Virus record (IMG/VR): IMGVR_UViG_3300011971_000007
Span: 1-28,340 of that record
DNA length: 28,340 nucleotides
Origin: a virus
Taxonomy: Duplodnaviria; Caudoviricetes
Reading direction: 5' to 3' (one strand)
Shown here: positions 25,090-28,340 of the stretch, piece by piece
How positions within the stretch are numbered: the stretch's first letter is position 1
Layout of the letters: every line of letters begins with the position of its first letter
Translations under genes and position numbers: made by a program
The notes under the pieces: generated by a model
Told to the model about the DNA's origin: nothing
The model's input: only the letters and a program-made list of their open reading frames with translations
Databases searched by the model: none

Positions 25090-27792
25090 ATGACTTGGAT
25101 TGCACCCAAAGTAAACTGGATTCCAGCAGATGGTGTGGCGGATGCTGATCTAAATCGCATCGAGGGGAATACTGCATACTTAGCAGATGAGCAGACAGCT
25201 CAGCAGGCAGATTATGTGCGACAACCAGCATTCGCAACAACATCAGGAACAAGTACTGCTTACACGGTTACTCTTACCCCTGCCTTGACAGCTTATGCAA
25301 CGGGCGTAGGTATAACAATAATACCCCACACAGCTTGTGGAGCCTCTCTAACTCTTAATATTAACGGACTTGGTGCAATAGCCTTGCTGAAGCAAGATGG
25401 AACCGCTTATTCAGCAGGTGATCTAGCTATCAATACTCCTTACAGCTTTAAGTTTAACGGTACAAGTTTTTTGGCAGATAGCTCCGGCAATAAGATAAAT
25501 GGGATTGTAGCTGACTATCTTGTCGGAGCAGGGCAAAATATCAATGCCGGGGATTTTGTTAAGTTTGTGAACGGGGTAGAGAGAATTTTTGATATGCCGT
25601 TTAGTGCAACAGGAGGAATTCAATATATCCAAGCTGTAGCTCTAGATTCTACTAGAATTTTAGTAGTAGGCAGAAATGTTACGACTACTTATGGTAATGC
25701 AGTCGTATTAACTATATCTACTTCTTCAGTGACTATGGGTACTACCGTAGTCATCAATGCTGTAGCAACAGACACTATTGCCTCTGCTATGTTAGATAGT
25801 AGTAGGGTATTAGTCGCTTACAGGAATACCTCAACACTTTATGGGGAATCAATAGTATTGACTATTACAGGAACAGTTATTACCCTTGGAGCTAAAGTGG
25901 TGTTTAGTTCAGCTTCAACTCCATATATATCATTAGCAGCCATCGACAGTGGGAGAGCATTAGTTGTCTATGACACCGTAGCAACAGGTGGAAATTCAGT
26001 AGTGTTAACTATTACGGGGACTGTTATATCTATTGGGTCCGTCACTCAAACATACTCTTCTTCAAGAACACCTTATTGCACTGTTTCCGCACTAGATAGC
26101 ACACGTTTGCTACTTGTTTTTGCAGATAATTCAACTGCCTATGGAAAATCAGTAGTTCTAACAGTTTCTGGCACCACTATTTCATTAGGATCCCTGGTAC
26201 AATTTAGTACTGTGTCTACCGTTAATATGTCTACTGCTATGTTGGATAGTGGTAGAGTATTGGTGGCGTATTACAACAACACTACAGGAGTTGGAAGTTC
26301 AATTATACTGTCTGTATCAGGTACAGTCATAACCTTCGGCTCTGTTGCCACTATTAGTACAGTATCAGTTGGAGTTGGGGGGGTATGTTCAGCCCTAGCC
26401 TTAAATTCGGGGCAAGCAATAGTTGCTTATATGAATATTGCATCAAATTATGCTCAGATTTGTCTTCTTACCATATCCGGCACAACCATAACAGTTCAAC
26501 CGTTTGAGCATGAGGGTATAGGCTCTTCTGCTATAAGCTCAGCCTGCACAGTGCTGTGTAACGGTGTTCCCTACTCTTTAACTACTCTCAATTCGGCTCC
26601 TTACACTGGGCAGATTCAACGACTTGGGGTAGTAAATGGGCAAGCTAAAAGCTTAGGTTTTAGCGGTACTATACAACCTCGAGGGGATATTGATGCAGGG
26701 TTTGCGGAGGCGTTTAATGCCGTAGCCTCAACTTACTTGTCAGCAGTAATGTTGGATAGCAATAGAGTTGTGGTAACTTATACAACAGCATCTTACTGTC
26801 AGTCTGTAGTTCTAACTATCTCTGGTTCTTCTATCACAGCAGGCACTGCTTTAGCAGGAAACAGCGGTTCTAATACGTACATTGCATCAGTAGCCCTAGA
26901 TAGTAGTAGGGTATTGACTTTGATGTATGATGTAGCAAACAGCAGAGGATTTGCCAGTGTTCTAACTGTCACAGGTACTACAATAACCAATGGGGCAGGA
27001 TTTATATTTTCTAGCGGAGTACCGCCGACTTATATTTCAGCGACTACCCTTGATAGCGGCAGAGTGCTAGTGGTTTACAGAAACGGTTCAACAACCTATG
27101 GTAATGCAGTAGTTCTATCCATATCTGGAACAACCGTAACAGCAGGAGCGGTGGTGGCCTTTAATGCTGTTAGCACAACTTATATCTCAGCTACCGCTTT
27201 AGATAGCGGTAGAGTACTAGTAGCGTATCAAAATGGATCAACTACTTTTGGTAATGCTGTAATTCTAACCATTACAGGAACCGTAATTACTGTGGGTTCA
27301 ATTGTAGCGTTTAGTTCCACCCTAAGTCTGTATTTTTCAGCAATCACGCTGGATTCCACTAGGGTATTAGTTTCTTATTTCAATAACACTTCTCCCTTTT
27401 ATGGAAACGCTGCTGTTCTTAGTATCTCTGGTACAGTAATAACTGTAGGTTCTGTCGCAGTATTTACCGCAACAGCACTCTATGTATCTGCAACGGTTTT
27501 GGACAGCAACAGGGTGTTAGTTTCCTACAGAAATAATGTAACGGGGTTTGCTGAAGCAATTGTTCTTAGTATTTCTGGAACAACTATAACGGCAGGGACT
27601 GCGTGTGTTCTGAATTCTGTACTCACTAGCTATCTTTCAGCAGTAGCCCTAGATACAAGCAGAATATTGGTAGCTTATCAGAACACTACATCCACATTCG
27701 GAGAATCAGTGCTATTATCTACCTCCCCAAAAGCTCAGGGTGTAGCTAAAAACTCAGCAACCGCAGGTAATATAGTCCACGTTTATAAGTAA
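25090..27792 (+). CDS. Tail fibre / receptor-binding protein with about 49-aa repeats
   Basis: N-terminal W..PK.NW..DLNRIEGN and TLNINGLGA fibre motifs, then about 14 repeats of LDS.RVLV.Y.N....G..VVLTISGT.IT.G. Confidence 0.82.
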   Translation: MTWIAPKVNWIPADGVADADLNRIEGNTAYLADEQTAQQADYVRQPAFATTSGTSTAYTVTLTPALTAYATGVGITIIPHTACGASLTLNINGLGAIALLKQDGTAYSAGDLAINTPYSFKFNGTSFLADSSGNKINGIVADYLVGAGQNINAGDFVKFVNGVERIFDMPFSATGGIQYIQAVALDSTRILVVGRNVTTTYGNAVVLTISTSSVTMGTTVVINAVATDTIASAMLDSSRVLVAYRNTSTLYGESIVLTITGTVITLGAKVVFSSASTPYISLAAIDSGRALVVYDTVATGGNSVVLTITGTVISIGSVTQTYSSSRTPYCTVSALDSTRLLLVFADNSTAYGKSVVLTVSGTTISLGSLVQFSTVSTVNMSTAMLDSGRVLVAYYNNTTGVGSSIILSVSGTVITFGSVATISTVSVGVGGVCSALALNSGQAIVAYMNIASNYAQICLLTISGTTITVQPFEHEGIGSSAISSACTVLCNGVPYSLTTLNSAPYTGQIQRLGVVNGQAKSLGFSGTIQPRGDIDAGFAEAFNAVASTYLSAVMLDSNRVVVTYTTASYCQSVVLTISGSSITAGTALAGNSGSNTYIASVALDSSRVLTLMYDVANSRGFASVLTVTGTTITNGAGFIFSSGVPPTYISATTLDSGRVLVVYRNGSTTYGNAVVLSISGTTVTAGAVVAFNAVSTTYISATALDSGRVLVAYQNGSTTFGNAVILTITGTVITVGSIVAFSSTLSLYFSAITLDSTRVLVSYFNNTSPFYGNAAVLSISGTVITVGSVAVFTATALYVSATVLDSNRVLVSYRNNVTGFAEAIVLSISGTTITAGTACVLNSVLTSYLSAVALDTSRILVAYQNTTSTFGESVLLSTSPKAQGVAKNSATAGNIVHVYK

Positions 27793-27807
27793 AAAGGAGT
27801 GATAAGC

Positions 27808-28128
27808 ATGTTCGCATTAAAAGACAAAGACAACTTAATAGTGGATGTTTCTAGTACTCAACCAACTGTTTCAGTAGAGGGTATCCTATTCAACAGCTGC
27901 TTCTATCAAACAAGTTTTGAACTAGCAGTAGTGGAGAATGTACCCGATTATGTAAAGCCTCAGAGATTTAAGGTTGAGATCGATGGAGTAACTTTCACTC
28001 CACTACTCGATAATCTTGACCCGTACGAAATAACTCTTGTCAATGCGTCTAGGGATGCTAAAGTTGTCGAAATGCAGACTACTCAATCCCAAGTAGTTTT
28101 AGCACTCGTAATGGGAGGATTGATGTAA
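27808..28128 (+). CDS. Tail-fibre-associated protein (XkdW-like position)
   Basis: The AAAGGAG RBS favours ATG 27808; it lies between the fibre gene and the XkdX-like gene. Confidence 0.65.
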   Translation: MFALKDKDNLIVDVSSTQPTVSVEGILFNSCFYQTSFELAVVENVPDYVKPQRFKVEIDGVTFTPLLDNLDPYEITLVNASRDAKVVEMQTTQSQVVLALVMGGLM

Positions 28129-28280
28129 TGGATTGGTTTAAATTTGTTTCTAGTAATTACTCTACAGACCCTACTAAATCAAACTATACAATTGATCAAG
28201 TAAAAGTATTTGTGGCTAAAGGTAAAATCACAACCGATCAGTTCTTAACGATTACAGGTCAAGTTTACGTAGCTCAATGA
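28128..28280 (+). CDS. xkdX: XkdX-family small protein (50 aa; not in the ORF track)
   Basis: MDWF...[28 protein letters not shown] matches the XkdX pattern. GGGAGG RBS and TAATG coupling. Confidence 0.8.
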   Translation: MDWFKFVSSNYSTDPTKSNYTIDQVKVFVAKGKITTDQFLTITGQVYVAQ

Positions 28281-28340
28281 ACATTTGACACATTATGCGC
28301 CGTAAATAGGTTCGCCCAAAAGGAAAAAACCTGTACTAAA

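Noticed and set aside
43-26990. Antisense and alternate-frame ORFs in the track (e.g. 43..282, 838..1065, 1508..1895, 4220..4582, 8061..8390, 12753..13166, 19988..21010, 26799..26990)
   Set aside because: They shadow better-supported genes and lack an RBS or recognisable motifs.
25090-28340. Diversity-generating retroelement or invertible tail-fibre cassette
   Set aside because: There is no reverse transcriptase, invertase or adenine-specific template/variable repeat pair in the window. The repeats are ordinary in-frame protein repeats.
1-28340. tRNA, rRNA, integrase/att, lysis or IS elements
   Set aside because: None is recognisable by eye in this window; lysis genes may lie beyond the right edge.

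Overview
This is a 28 kb stretch of a tailed (siphovirus-type) phage or prophage. Strong GGAGG ribosome-binding sites, sigmaA-type promoters and an XkdX-like gene point to a Bacillota host. From about 7.6 kb to the end is a plus-strand morphogenesis module: putative TerS, TerL, DUF935-type portal, ClpP prohead protease with a nested scaffold, decoration protein, major capsid, head-tail proteins, phi13-type major tail protein, tail chaperones with a G-GGA-AAC -1 slippery site, tape measure, tail tip proteins, a repeat-rich receptor-binding protein and XkdW/XkdX-like genes. Four of these genes are split by single-base +1 insertions that look like read or assembly errors. The unusual part is 1-7.5 kb, which holds seven promoter-gene(s)-hairpin units diverging around 4.0 kb. 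They encode five paralogues of one small HTH family (nine HTH modules in total). The spacers between units carry two unexplained DNA repeat families: 9-bp-period NNNAATATT arrays and GTTTTATAGG / GGTGTCC-GGACACC sites. This block sits directly upstream of the packaging genes and is the best candidate for an undescribed system. All product calls rest on motif recognition and gene order; no database searches were run.
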